A program made the position numbers and the translations under genes. The notes under the pieces were generated by a model. The model saw only the letters and a program-made list of their open reading frames with translations. It had not been told where the DNA came from and made no database searches. From a bacterium (GTDB lineage: Bacteria; Sysuimicrobiota; Sysuimicrobiia; Sysuimicrobiales; Segetimicrobiaceae), in contig DASUDA010000067.1 of the NCBI GenBank assembly GCA_036275835.1, positions 1 through 46,880 of the forward strand: a stretch of DNA of 46,880 nt. The letters are read 5' to 3'. Position 1 is the first letter of the stretch; each line of letters opens with the position of its first letter. Positions 24,702-34,215 of the stretch are shown here, one piece after another.

Positions 24702-25694
24702 ATGACCGCATCACATGGCGAGCGTGTAGAGCTCCCTCAGGCCCAGGTACGCGACCTGCTCCGGCGAATGATGCGCATTCGTTCCGCGGAAGAGACGCTG
24801 GCCGACCTGTACGCGGAGCAGGAGATGCGCACTCCGACGCACTTCTCGATCGGTCAGGAAGCGGTCGCCGTGGGCGTCTGCGCGGCGCTTGGCGTCGATG
24901 ACGTGATCTACAGCGGCCACCGGTGTCACGCCCACTACCTGGCCAAGGGGGGGAGCCTGCTCGCCATGGTGGGCGAACTCTACGGGAAGGAGATCGGGGC
25001 CGCGCGGGGACGGGGCGGATCCGTGCACCTGACAGACCCAGACGTTGGGGTGATCGCATCGTCGGCCATCCTTGGGCAGACGATCGCGGTCGCCGTTGGA
25101 TCCGCGTTCGCGTTCGCCCTCGATGGCGCGCCGCGCGTCTCGGTCAGCTTTTTTGGCGATGGCGCCGTAGAGGAAGGCGTCTTTCATGAGAGCCTCAACG
25201 TGGCCGTCGTGCGCAGGGTCCCGGTCGTGTTCGTGTGCGAGAACAATCTGTACTCCACGCACACGCCGTTGCAGGTGCGACAGCCGGTGAGCCAGCCGAT
25301 CTTCGAAAGGGTGCGAGCCTACGGTATTGTGAGCGCGCGCGTGGACGGGAACGACGTGCTCGCGGTGTTCCAGGCGGCGGCGAAGGCGGTCGCGCAGTGC
25401 CGGGAGGGAGCAGGACCGTACTTTCTGGAGTGTACGACCTATCGCTGGCGTGAACACGTGGGGCCGCTCTGGGACTATGACCGCGGGTACCGGTCGAAGG
25501 AAGAAGTGGAGCAGTGGATGGCGCGCTGCCCGATCAAGCGCCTCTCGGAGCAGTGTCTCGCCCGCTCCATCTGCACCGAGGAGGAGTTGCACGCGTGGAG
25601 GCGTGAATTTGAAGACGAAGTGGCCGAGGCGGTGGCCGCAGCCAAACGCAGCCCCTTCCCCGCCGTCGAAAGTATCCTCGAGGGCACCTACTAA
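24702..25694 (+). CDS. TPP-dependent 2-oxoacid/acetoin dehydrogenase E1 alpha-type subunit
   Basis: FFGDGAVEEGVFHESLN TPP-binding motif, VVFVCENNLYS, HFSIGQEA. Confidence 0.9.
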   Translation: MTASHGERVELPQAQVRDLLRRMMRIRSAEETLADLYAEQEMRTPTHFSIGQEAVAVGVCAALGVDDVIYSGHRCHAHYLAKGGSLLAMVGELYGKEIGAARGRGGSVHLTDPDVGVIASSAILGQTIAVAVGSAFAFALDGAPRVSVSFFGDGAVEEGVFHESLNVAVVRRVPVVFVCENNLYSTHTPLQVRQPVSQPIFERVRAYGIVSARVDGNDVLAVFQAAAKAVAQCREGAGPYFLECTTYRWREHVGPLWDYDRGYRSKEEVEQWMARCPIKRLSEQCLARSICTEEELHAWRREFEDEVAEAVAAAKRSPFPAVESILEGTY

Positions 25695-25728
25695 GCCCCG
25701 CGGCACGAGGATCCACCGGGAGGCAGGT

Positions 25729-26763
25729 GTGCAGCGACTCAGGTACTGGCAGGCGATTAGTCAGGCGCTCGTCCAGAGCATGGAGAGAGACCCGGACATC
25801 TTCATCGCGGGGATCGGGGTCGATGACTTCAAGGGCGTCTTCGGAACCACGCGCGCGGCATTCGAGCGCTTTGGGTCCGCCCGAGTCATCGACATCCCGA
25901 ACTGTGAGAACGCATTCACGGGCATCGCCATCGGGGCGGCGGCCATGGGCAAGCGACCCGTTGTCGTGCACCCGAGGAACGACTTCATGTTCCTCGCCCT
26001 GGACCAGATCCTCAATCTCGCGGCAAAGTGGAAGTACATGTACGCGGCGAAGCGGGGAGTGCCGGTCGTCTTTCGCGGGATCGTGGGACGTGGGTGGGGA
26101 CAGGGAGCGACCCATTCACAGAGCCTGCAGGCCCTCTTTGCCCATTTCCCCGGACTCTATGTGGCGGCGCCGGCGTCACCGGCCGATGCCAAGGGTCTGC
26201 TCTGCGCCGCGCTCCGAGGAGAGACGCCGGCAGTTCTCCTGGAAAATCGCGCTCTGTACGAACTCGAGGGCGACGTTCCCGAAGACCCCGTCCCGATTCC
26301 GTTCGGCCATGCCCGCGTTGTTCGGGAAGGGACGGACATCACGATCGTCGGGGCCTCGCTCATGGCCTATGAGGCGGACCGAGCGGCGGATCTCCTGGCC
26401 GAGCGCGAGATCAGCGCCGAAGTGATCGACCCGCGGAGCATGCGTCCGCTCGACGAGTCGACAATCCTTCGCTCGCTGCGCAAGACCGGGCGCCTGGTCG
26501 TGGCCGATACGAGCTGGGCGATGTACGGATTCGCGAGCGAGATCGCGGCCGTCGCCGCGGAAAAGGGACACGCGTGGCTCCGGGCGCCGGTCCGGAGGGT
26601 GACGCCTCCCGACTGTCCGGCGCCGGTCTCGAGACCGCTGGAAGAGGCTTTTCATCCGACGGCCACGACGATCGCGCAGGCATGCCTGGACGTTCTGGGG
26701 CGGGACGCGCCGGCGACCCGCGTCCTCTCGGACGTGCAGGCGAGATTTTCCGGGCCGTATTGA
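25729..26763 (+). CDS. TPP-dependent 2-oxoacid/acetoin dehydrogenase E1 beta-type subunit
   Basis: GTG 25729 follows GGGAGG. RVIDIPNCENAFTGIAIGAAAMGKRPVV and GATHSQSL motifs, plus a transketolase-C-like C-terminus. No E2 or E3 gene is present in the window. Confidence 0.9.
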   Translation: MQRLRYWQAISQALVQSMERDPDIFIAGIGVDDFKGVFGTTRAAFERFGSARVIDIPNCENAFTGIAIGAAAMGKRPVVVHPRNDFMFLALDQILNLAAKWKYMYAAKRGVPVVFRGIVGRGWGQGATHSQSLQALFAHFPGLYVAAPASPADAKGLLCAALRGETPAVLLENRALYELEGDVPEDPVPIPFGHARVVREGTDITIVGASLMAYEADRAADLLAEREISAEVIDPRSMRPLDESTILRSLRKTGRLVVADTSWAMYGFASEIAAVAAEKGHAWLRAPVRRVTPPDCPAPVSRPLEEAFHPTATTIAQACLDVLGRDAPATRVLSDVQARFSGPY

Positions 26764-26771
26764 GGTGGGGC

Positions 26772-27536
26772 GTGAGAGAGCGGAACGATTCAATCTCGGT
26801 GTTCGTGCCGGCCCACAACGAGGCGAAAAACCTTGAAGGGGCGATTCGGGACGTCACGGCGGCCGCCGAGGAGAGATTCACCGATTACGAGATCCTGCTT
26901 CTGGATGATGGAAGCACCGATGGCACGGCGGAGGTCGCCGAAGGCCTCGCCCGCCGCAATCACCGGATCAGGGTCATCCACAATCCCGCCAAGCGCGGCA
27001 TTGCCATCGGCTACCGCTCCGCGCTGGGTCTGGCCACCAAGGGATACTTCGCCTTCATCCCCGGAGACCGGGAGATCAACGCGGACTCGGTTCGGGAGAT
27101 CTTCCGGGCCGTAGGATCGGCCGACCTCGTCGTCCCCTATCACGCCAACCGCGAAGCCCGCGCCTGGCACCGCCGGGTGATGACCTGGGTCTCCACGACA
27201 CTTCTCAACGTGCTGTTCAGGCGCCGCCTGCGCTACTACCAGGGCCCGACCGTGTATCCCACGCATCTTGCGCGGACGCTGCCGTCGCACAACCGGGGAT
27301 TCTTCTTCCTGACCGAGATGCTCGTGCACGCGCTCGACGCCGGATGCACGTATGTCGAAGTCGGGCTTCTTCATCAGGAGCGGGCCTTCGGAAAATCGAA
27401 GGCGGTCACCCTGTCCAATATTCTGACGGCCCTCCAGGCCATCTTCGGGACGTGGTGGACCCTTCGCATCAGAAAGGCGCGGCCCGCGGCTGCCCGCGTG
27501 GCGGCGGACGACCACCGGGCGGGCTCCACGCCGTGA
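26772..27536 (+). CDS. GT2 polyprenyl-phosphate glycosyltransferase (ArnC/DPM1-like)
   Basis: ISVFVPAHNEAKNL...ILLLDDGSTDGT...IPGDRE (GT-A DxD / ED motifs). GTG start after GAGGTGGGG. Confidence 0.8.
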   Translation: MRERNDSISVFVPAHNEAKNLEGAIRDVTAAAEERFTDYEILLLDDGSTDGTAEVAEGLARRNHRIRVIHNPAKRGIAIGYRSALGLATKGYFAFIPGDREINADSVREIFRAVGSADLVVPYHANREARAWHRRVMTWVSTTLLNVLFRRRLRYYQGPTVYPTHLARTLPSHNRGFFFLTEMLVHALDAGCTYVEVGLLHQERAFGKSKAVTLSNILTALQAIFGTWWTLRIRKARPAAARVAADDHRAGSTP

Positions 27537-28540
27537 CCACGGTCCTCGTCACCGGCGGCGCCGGGTATGTGGGGGCGGTCCTCGTTCCGAAGCTCCTCCG
27601 GCGGGGGCACCGTGTCAAAGTCCTCGATCTCTACCTTTTCGGGCAGCACGGGCTGGCCGAGTACACAGCGGATCCTCTGCTCGAACAGATCACGGGGGAC
27701 ATCCGGGATCAGGCGCTCCTCAGGCGGGTTCTCCCCGGATGCGACGCGGTCATTCACCTGGCGTGCATCTCCAATGACCCCAGCTTCGAACTGAACCCCC
27801 GGCTCAGCAAGTCGATCAATTACGACGCCTTCGAGCCTCTCGTCGCGACCTCCCGACAGAGCGGAGTCCGGAGGTTCGTCTACGCCTCCACGTCCAGCGT
27901 GTACGGCGTGACCGAAAGCGAGAACGTGACGGAAGACCACCCGCTCGTTCCCGTGACCGACTACAACAAGTACAAGGGCCTCTGCGAGCCCGTTCTCCTC
28001 GAATACCAGTCCCCGGAGTTTACCACGGTGATCATCCGGCCGGCGACGGTCTGCGGCTACTCCCCCCGGATGCGCCTGGACCTCAGCGTCAACATTCTGA
28101 CGAACCTGGCGGTCAATAGACGGAAGATCACCATCTTCGGCGGCGCTCAGAAGCGGCCGAATATTCACATCGAGGATATCGCGGATCTCTATGCCGACTT
28201 ACTGGATCTCCCCGCGGAGCGCATCGCCGGGAAGATCTACAATGCCTCCTACCAGAACCACACCATCGCCGAACTGGGCGAGACGGTGCGATCGGTGGTC
28301 ACCCGGGAGATGCCTCACCTGTCTCCCATCGTCGTGGAGGCCACTCCGACCGATGACATTCGATCGTACCACGTGTCCTCGGAAAAGATTCGGCGGGAGT
28401 TGGGATATCTGCCGCGGCGGACGGTCGAGGATGCGGTCGCAGACATGTGCGCGGCCTTCCGCCGAGGAAAGATTCCCAACCCTCTCGAGGACGTCCGGTA
28501 TTATAACGTCAGGGCAATTCAGGCATCCAAGCTCATTTAA
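27533..28540 (+). CDS. NAD-dependent nucleotide-sugar epimerase/dehydratase (extended SDR)
   Basis: VLVTGGAGYVG Rossmann motif, YNKYK (YxxxK), GTGA overlap with the upstream gene. Confidence 0.85.
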   Translation: MTTVLVTGGAGYVGAVLVPKLLRRGHRVKVLDLYLFGQHGLAEYTADPLLEQITGDIRDQALLRRVLPGCDAVIHLACISNDPSFELNPRLSKSINYDAFEPLVATSRQSGVRRFVYASTSSVYGVTESENVTEDHPLVPVTDYNKYKGLCEPVLLEYQSPEFTTVIIRPATVCGYSPRMRLDLSVNILTNLAVNRRKITIFGGAQKRPNIHIEDIADLYADLLDLPAERIAGKIYNASYQNHTIAELGETVRSVVTREMPHLSPIVVEATPTDDIRSYHVSSEKIRRELGYLPRRTVEDAVADMCAAFRRGKIPNPLEDVRYYNVRAIQASKLI

Positions 28541-28584
28541 CGGTGGCGCTCCTCGGCCGAGGGGCGCGAGAGGGACGGTGGGGC

Positions 28585-29598
28585 GTGCGGGCTCTGGTGA
28601 CGGGGGGCGCGGGGTTCATCGGAAGCCACATGGTGGACCTCCTCGTGGACAGCGGCGTCGCCGTCTGCGTGATCGACAACCTCAGCACGGGACGCCTCGA
28701 GAACCTGGCGCACCACCGGGGCGACCCCCGGGTCACGATCGTCGAGGCCGATATGGTCGACCTGGAGGCTCTCCGTCCCCGGTGTGCCGGTGTCGACTAC
28801 GTCTTTCACTTTGGGGGGATCGGGGACATCATCCCGTCCATCGAGCGTCCGTTGGACTACATGCGCGCCAACGTCACCGGGACGCTCGCAGTTCTCGAGG
28901 CCGCCCGGCAAGCGGGAGTCAAGAAGCTTGTCTACGCTGCGTCCTCGTCCTGTTATGGATCAACGCCCCCGGTTCCCACGCCGGAGGAGGCGCCGGTCAG
29001 CCCGGAATATCCGTACGCCCTGAGTAAGTATCTGGGAGAGTGCGCTGCGCTGCACTGGGGGAAGGTGTACGGCTTGCCCGTCATCTCGTTCCGCATCTTC
29101 AATGCGTACGGCCCCCGAGCCCGCACCGGGGGCGTCTACGGCGCCGTGTTCGGGGTCTTCCTCGCCCAGAAGCTCAGGGGCCGCCCCTTTACGGTGGTCG
29201 GGGACGGCACGCAGAGGCGGGACTTCGTGTACGCGACAGACGTGGCCCGTGCGTTTCTCCGGGCGGCCGAATCGCCCTACACGCAGGAGATCTTTAACCT
29301 CGGGGCGGGGGCTCCGCACAGCGTGAACCGCCTCGTCGAGCTCCTCGGGGGGGAGGTCGTCAGGGTCCCGAAGCGTCCGGGAGAACCCGACTGCACGTGG
29401 GCGGAGATTCGGAAGATCCAGGAGCGGCTCGGATGGACGCCCCAGGTGTCTTTTGAGGCCGGCGTCGCCCACATGCTCCGCTCCATCGACGAGTGGGCCG
29501 ACGCCCCGGTCTGGACTCCGGAGACCATCGAGGTGGAGACCCAGACCTGGTTCAAGTACCTCGGTCAGGCCCGCTCCTCGGGGAGGGCGGGGGGGTGA
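28585..29598 (+). CDS. NAD-dependent nucleotide-sugar epimerase/dehydratase (extended SDR)
   Basis: ALVTGGAGFIGSH, YALSK (YxxxK), DGTQRRDFVYATDVA motifs. Confidence 0.85.
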   Translation: MRALVTGGAGFIGSHMVDLLVDSGVAVCVIDNLSTGRLENLAHHRGDPRVTIVEADMVDLEALRPRCAGVDYVFHFGGIGDIIPSIERPLDYMRANVTGTLAVLEAARQAGVKKLVYAASSSCYGSTPPVPTPEEAPVSPEYPYALSKYLGECAALHWGKVYGLPVISFRIFNAYGPRARTGGVYGAVFGVFLAQKLRGRPFTVVGDGTQRRDFVYATDVARAFLRAAESPYTQEIFNLGAGAPHSVNRLVELLGGEVVRVPKRPGEPDCTWAEIRKIQERLGWTPQVSFEAGVAHMLRSIDEWADAPVWTPETIEVETQTWFKYLGQARSSGRAGG

Positions 29599-31130
29599 GC
29601 TCGGACTTCCGCCAGAAGATCAAAACCCGGGACGACGTCGCCCGCATCATCGGGACGCGGCCCCGGAGCCGGACGGTCGTCATGTGTCACGGGACATTTG
29701 ATATCGTGCACCCGGGGCACCTCCGGCACCTGGCCTACGCGAAGGGAAAGGCCGACGTGCTCATCGCCAGCATCACCGCCGACGCGCAGGTCACGAAAGC
29801 GGAATACAGACCGTACGTCCCCGAGGAGCTGCGCGCCGTGAACCTCGCGGCGCTGGAGATCGTGGACTTCGTCATCATCGACCCCAACGCGACCCCGATC
29901 GAGAACATCTTGTTTTTGCAACCGGACTTCTTCGCCAAGGGGTACGAGTACTTTGCCACCGGCATCCCCATCAGGACCCGCGAGGAGATTGCGGCCCTCC
30001 GGTCCTACGGGGGAGAGATGATCTTCACGCCGGGCGACGTGGTGTACTCCTCGTCGGCGCTGATCGAATCCCATCCGCCGAAGATCGCCGTGGAGAAGCT
30101 GCTGATCCTGATGGAGTCGGAGGGGATCGGCTTCTCCGACCTCCGGACGACGGTCGAACAGTTTCCGGGAGCGCACGTTCACGTGGTGGGCGACACGATT
30201 GTGGACGCCTACTCCGACTGCTCGGTTCTCGGCGCCACGGCGAAGTCGCCGACTCTCAGCATCCGGCTCGAGAAGAAAGAGGAGTTCGCGGGAGGGGCGG
30301 CGGCCGTGGCGAAGCACATGCGGGCCACCGGGGCGGACGTGTCGCTCTCCACGGTGCTCGGCGGCGACCGGCCGCGGGAGTTCATCGAGCAGGAGATGGC
30401 CGAGGCCGGGATACGCCTGCACACGGTCATCGACAAGATGCGTCCCACCACGTACAAGGAGCGGTTCTTTGCGGATGGGAGCAAGCTGCTCCAGGTCGAT
30501 CGGGTCGATAATCGTCCGGTCTCCGAGGGCGCTCTGGAAAGGATCGGCGAATCGCTTCATTCCGGCCGGGCCGACGCGGTGGTGTTCAGCGACTTCCGAC
30601 ATGGGATCTTCAACCGGCAGACCGTCGGGATGCTGAGGGAGTATATTCCGTCGGGCGCGTTGACGGTCGCGGACAGCCAGGTGAGCAGCCGGTGGGGGAA
30701 TATCCTGGACTTCGCCGAGTTCGACCTGCTGACACCGAATGAACGGGAGGCCAGGTTCGCGCTGGCCGACCAGGATTCCGTCATCCGCCCGCTGGCCCTG
30801 AAGCTCTTCCAGGCCGCGCGGTGTCGATGGCTGATCCTCAAGCTGGGAGAGCGGGGTCTTCTCGGGTACCGGACCCCCGGCCCCAAGCCTCGGGAGTTCT
30901 TCACGGTCGACAGCCTCGCCGATCCCGTGGTGGATCCCATCGGGGCGGGCGATGCGCTCCTCGCCTACGCGTCGCTGGCCCAGCGCGTCTCAGGCAACAT
31001 CGTGATCGCCGCGATCCTCGGCTCGGCGGCCGCGGCCGTCTCCTGCGAACGGAAGGGAAATGTGTCCGTCACTCCCCCAGAGGTGATCGCGAAGATCGAC
31101 GCGGTGGAAAAGCTCGCGCGCTACCAATGA
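29595..31130 (+). CDS. Bifunctional cytidylyltransferase-fold nucleotidyltransferase (N-terminal) / PfkB ribokinase-like sugar kinase (C-terminal), HldE-like with inverted domain order
   Basis: N-terminus CHGTFDIVHPGHLRHL (HxGH). C-terminus VVGDTIVDAY...GGAAAVA...DPIGAGDALLA (PfkB signature). GTGA overlap upstream and ATGA overlap downstream. Confidence 0.8.
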   Translation: MSSDFRQKIKTRDDVARIIGTRPRSRTVVMCHGTFDIVHPGHLRHLAYAKGKADVLIASITADAQVTKAEYRPYVPEELRAVNLAALEIVDFVIIDPNATPIENILFLQPDFFAKGYEYFATGIPIRTREEIAALRSYGGEMIFTPGDVVYSSSALIESHPPKIAVEKLLILMESEGIGFSDLRTTVEQFPGAHVHVVGDTIVDAYSDCSVLGATAKSPTLSIRLEKKEEFAGGAAAVAKHMRATGADVSLSTVLGGDRPREFIEQEMAEAGIRLHTVIDKMRPTTYKERFFADGSKLLQVDRVDNRPVSEGALERIGESLHSGRADAVVFSDFRHGIFNRQTVGMLREYIPSGALTVADSQVSSRWGNILDFAEFDLLTPNEREARFALADQDSVIRPLALKLFQAARCRWLILKLGERGLLGYRTPGPKPREFFTVDSLADPVVDPIGAGDALLAYASLAQRVSGNIVIAAILGSAAAAVSCERKGNVSVTPPEVIAKIDAVEKLARYQ

Positions 31131-32035
31131 GATATCTCGTCGTGGGCTACGGGAACATCGGCACGAAGCGCAAGGCGGTGCTGGGTGAGCGGTGCGTGGG
31201 CACGGTTGACCCGTTCAATGCCGATGCGGACTATGAGTCGCTGAGCGCGTGCCCGCCCGAGACGTACGACGCAGCCGTGTTGGCGGTGCCCAACCAGGCA
31301 AAGATCGACCTGATGGAGTCTCTGCTGGCTCAGGGCAAGCACGTGCTGGTCGAGAAGCCGCTCGTGTTTCCCGATGTGATCACCGCGGAGCGGCTCCGGC
31401 AGGCCGCCGAGAGTCACAAGGTCGTCTGGTACACGTCGTACAACTTCCGGTTCGAGCCGCACGTGACGGCGCTGCGCCGTCTCGTGGCCGACCGTGCGGT
31501 CGGGCGGATCTATCGGGTGAGGATGTTCTACGGATATGGGACGGCGGGCACTGTCGCCGGGACGTGGCGGGACGACACCCGCGGGGTCCTGCAGGATCTC
31601 GCCAGCCATCTGATCGATCTGACCGGGTACGTGTTCGGGAGGTTCGGAGCGGAGTTTCGGGTCTGGGAGCGGGCTGCGCACGAACTCACGGGTGTGGACC
31701 ACTGCATCCTGGCCACGACCGACCGCCAGATCGTGATCGAGTGCAGTTACCTATCCTGGAAGAACCGGTGGTCTATCGAGGTGGTCGGCGAAGGGGGCGC
31801 CCTCCACATGGAGGGGCTGACCAAATGGGGACCGAGCGAACTCGTCATCCAGCGGCGGAGGCGGCCGAGCGGAGTCCCCGAGGAAAAGCGGGAAGTGGTC
31901 GATGGGCCCGATCCCACATGGGCCGCGGACATCGCCTATTTCGAGCGGATGGTCGAGACGGGCCAGACATCCTACGACAATGATGTCTGGCTGTCCCGGA
32001 CCCTTCTGCACGCCGCGTCGTGTCCCCTGAGTTGA
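31127..32035 (+). CDS. Gfo/Idh/MocA-family NAD(P)-dependent oxidoreductase
   Basis: MRYLVVGYGNIG Rossmann N-terminus and HVLVEKPL (EKP motif). Confidence 0.8.
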   Translation: MRYLVVGYGNIGTKRKAVLGERCVGTVDPFNADADYESLSACPPETYDAAVLAVPNQAKIDLMESLLAQGKHVLVEKPLVFPDVITAERLRQAAESHKVVWYTSYNFRFEPHVTALRRLVADRAVGRIYRVRMFYGYGTAGTVAGTWRDDTRGVLQDLASHLIDLTGYVFGRFGAEFRVWERAAHELTGVDHCILATTDRQIVIECSYLSWKNRWSIEVVGEGGALHMEGLTKWGPSELVIQRRRRPSGVPEEKREVVDGPDPTWAADIAYFERMVETGQTSYDNDVWLSRTLLHAASCPLS

Positions 32036-32042
32036 CAGGCCT

Positions 32043-33341
32043 ATGGATGAGCTGATCGGGTTCCTGGGACTGTCCCATCTCGGCCTCGTGAGCAGCGTCG
32101 GCTGGGCCTCACGGGGCCATCCCGTCTTGGGCGTTGATCCCGATCGAGAGATCGTCGACGCCCTCGCCCAGGGGAGGCTTCCCGTCTATGAGCCTGGATT
32201 GGGTGAACTGCTCACGGCGTCGCGGACCTCACTGACGTTCACGACGGACGTCGCCGCGTTGGCGGAGTGCGCGCTTGTGATCCTCTCGCGCGATGTTCCC
32301 ACCGGCGCGGACAACAGCAGTGACCTGTCCGCGGTGGAGCGCCTCGTGGAGGCCGCGATCCCTCATCTCCGGCCCCAGGCCACGTTCGTCATTATGAGCC
32401 AGGTCCCCCCCGGCTTTACGCGCTCGGTGGCCGCGCGTGTCGGCCAGGCCAGGCCCGGCAGCGGACTGTGCGTGTACTATTGGGCCGAGACCCTTGTGAT
32501 GGGGCGGGCCCTGGACCGCTATCTTCATCCTGAGCGGATCATCGTGGGGTGTGAGAATCCGCGTGCACCGCTCCCGGATCTGCTCGCCCGGGTCCTTCAG
32601 GTCTTCCGGTGCCCTGTTTTCCCGATGCGATTCGAAAGCGCCGAACTCACGAAGACGGCGATCAACCTCTACCTCTCGGGGGCGGTGACCTACGCCAACA
32701 CTCTGGCGGACCTGTGCGAGAAAATCGGCGCCGACTGGTCCGAGGTCGTCCCGGCCTTGCGCTCGGATGCCCGAATCGGCCCCGCGGCGTACCTTCGGCC
32801 CAGCCTGGGAGTCTCGGGGGGGAACTTGGAGAGGGACCTCGTCACGCTCAGCCGTCTCGCGCACGACGCGCGGGTGGACGCCTCTTTCATCGACACGATC
32901 ATCGCATACAACGCCCGGCGGACGGGGTGGATCCTCGAAAAGCTCGAGGCGCTGGTTTTTGCGGAGGTCCCCACACCGACCATTGCCGTCTGGGGGCTCG
33001 CCTACAAGAAGGGGACTCTCTCTGTCAAGAACTCGCCCGCGCTTCGGGTGATGTCGAGTCTCGAAGGGCGGGCGACCCTGCGCGTGTATGACCCCCTCGT
33101 CCGTCCTCCGGAATCGCGGGGCGAGGCCACGGTGGTGCCGACTCGTGATGACGCTCTCCAGGGCGCGGACTGCCTGCTCATCATGACAGACGCGGAAGAG
33201 TTTGCCTCGGCAGACCCGGTCACTCTCCGCCGCCGGATGCGCCGGCCCCTCGTGATCGACTGCGCCGGCGTGCTCGAGGTCCAGCGCCACCGTCTGGATG
33301 GGATCCGATATGTATCGATGGGCCGCGGGGAGCAGGCGTGA
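32043..33341 (+). CDS. UDP-glucose/GDP-mannose dehydrogenase-family protein with substituted active-site motif
   Basis: Three-domain architecture by eye: N-terminal Rossmann, central helical region with TKTAINLYLS, C-terminal LAYKKGT...NSPA. The canonical GxGGxC(F/L)PKD motif reads GVSGGNLERD. Confidence 0.75.
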   Translation: MDELIGFLGLSHLGLVSSVGWASRGHPVLGVDPDREIVDALAQGRLPVYEPGLGELLTASRTSLTFTTDVAALAECALVILSRDVPTGADNSSDLSAVERLVEAAIPHLRPQATFVIMSQVPPGFTRSVAARVGQARPGSGLCVYYWAETLVMGRALDRYLHPERIIVGCENPRAPLPDLLARVLQVFRCPVFPMRFESAELTKTAINLYLSGAVTYANTLADLCEKIGADWSEVVPALRSDARIGPAAYLRPSLGVSGGNLERDLVTLSRLAHDARVDASFIDTIIAYNARRTGWILEKLEALVFAEVPTPTIAVWGLAYKKGTLSVKNSPALRVMSSLEGRATLRVYDPLVRPPESRGEATVVPTRDDALQGADCLLIMTDAEEFASADPVTLRRRMRRPLVIDCAGVLEVQRHRLDGIRYVSMGRGEQA

Positions 33342-34213
33342 TGCGCAGAGTGGTCATCTTAGGCCACACCGGCTTTATCGGTCGGGCCCTCCAGGCGCAC
33401 CTGGAACGCTCCGACACGTACGAGGTCCGTGGATTCTCCTCGCGCACCGCCGACCTCCGGCGGCCGGAGGGCCCCCAGGCCTTGGACGGCATGATCGACC
33501 GTACCACGGTGGTGGTCTTCGCCTCGGCGATCACCCGCGACAAGGGAGACACCCTTTCGACTCTGGTTGACAACGTCAGCATGGCGGGCCACCTGGGAGC
33601 GTACTTGGAGTCACACCCTCCGGCGGCGTGCGTGTGCGTCAGTTCGGACGCGGTGTATCCTATGCAGGACGACCCCGTCACGGAGGAGACGCCCGCCGCG
33701 CCCGGCGGGACGCTTTACGCGATCGGCAAGTATACGGCGGAGTGCGTGCTGCGGCGCTCCGCGGAGGCGAAGAACTTTCCCCTGTTGGTTCTTCGTCCCA
33801 CCGGGGTCTTCGGACCGGGCGACACCCACAACTCCTACGGGCCCAATGCGTTCCTTCGGTCCGTCGTCACGGACCGCTCCGTCCGGCTCTTCGGTCACGG
33901 AGAGGAGCAGCGCGATCACCTCTACCTCGGGGATCTGGTCCGTCTCGTGACCCACCTCATCGAGACCGACGCGGTCGGCGTCGTCAACCTCGCGACGGGG
34001 GTCAGCCGCTCCTTTGCCGAGGTTGTCGAATCTCTGCGTCGCATCGTCCCCTACGATTTCACCGCCTCACACCTTCCGCGCAAGACACCCGTGACCCACC
34101 GCCGTTTTGACATCGTCCGGCTGTCGCGGCTCGCCCCCGGATTTCGATTCACGGATTTCGAACAGGCGCTGGGAGAGACGTTCGAGCGCCTGTCCGCCAC
34201 GGTCGGGGCCTGA
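33338..34213 (+). CDS. NAD(P)-dependent sugar epimerase/reductase (SDR)
   Basis: VVILGHTGFIGRAL, YAIGK (YxxxK), ATGA overlap upstream. Confidence 0.8.
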   Translation: MMRRVVILGHTGFIGRALQAHLERSDTYEVRGFSSRTADLRRPEGPQALDGMIDRTTVVVFASAITRDKGDTLSTLVDNVSMAGHLGAYLESHPPAACVCVSSDAVYPMQDDPVTEETPAAPGGTLYAIGKYTAECVLRRSAEAKNFPLLVLRPTGVFGPGDTHNSYGPNAFLRSVVTDRSVRLFGHGEEQRDHLYLGDLVRLVTHLIETDAVGVVNLATGVSRSFAEVVESLRRIVPYDFTASHLPRKTPVTHRRFDIVRLSRLAPGFRFTDFEQALGETFERLSATVGA

Positions 34214-34215
34214 GC

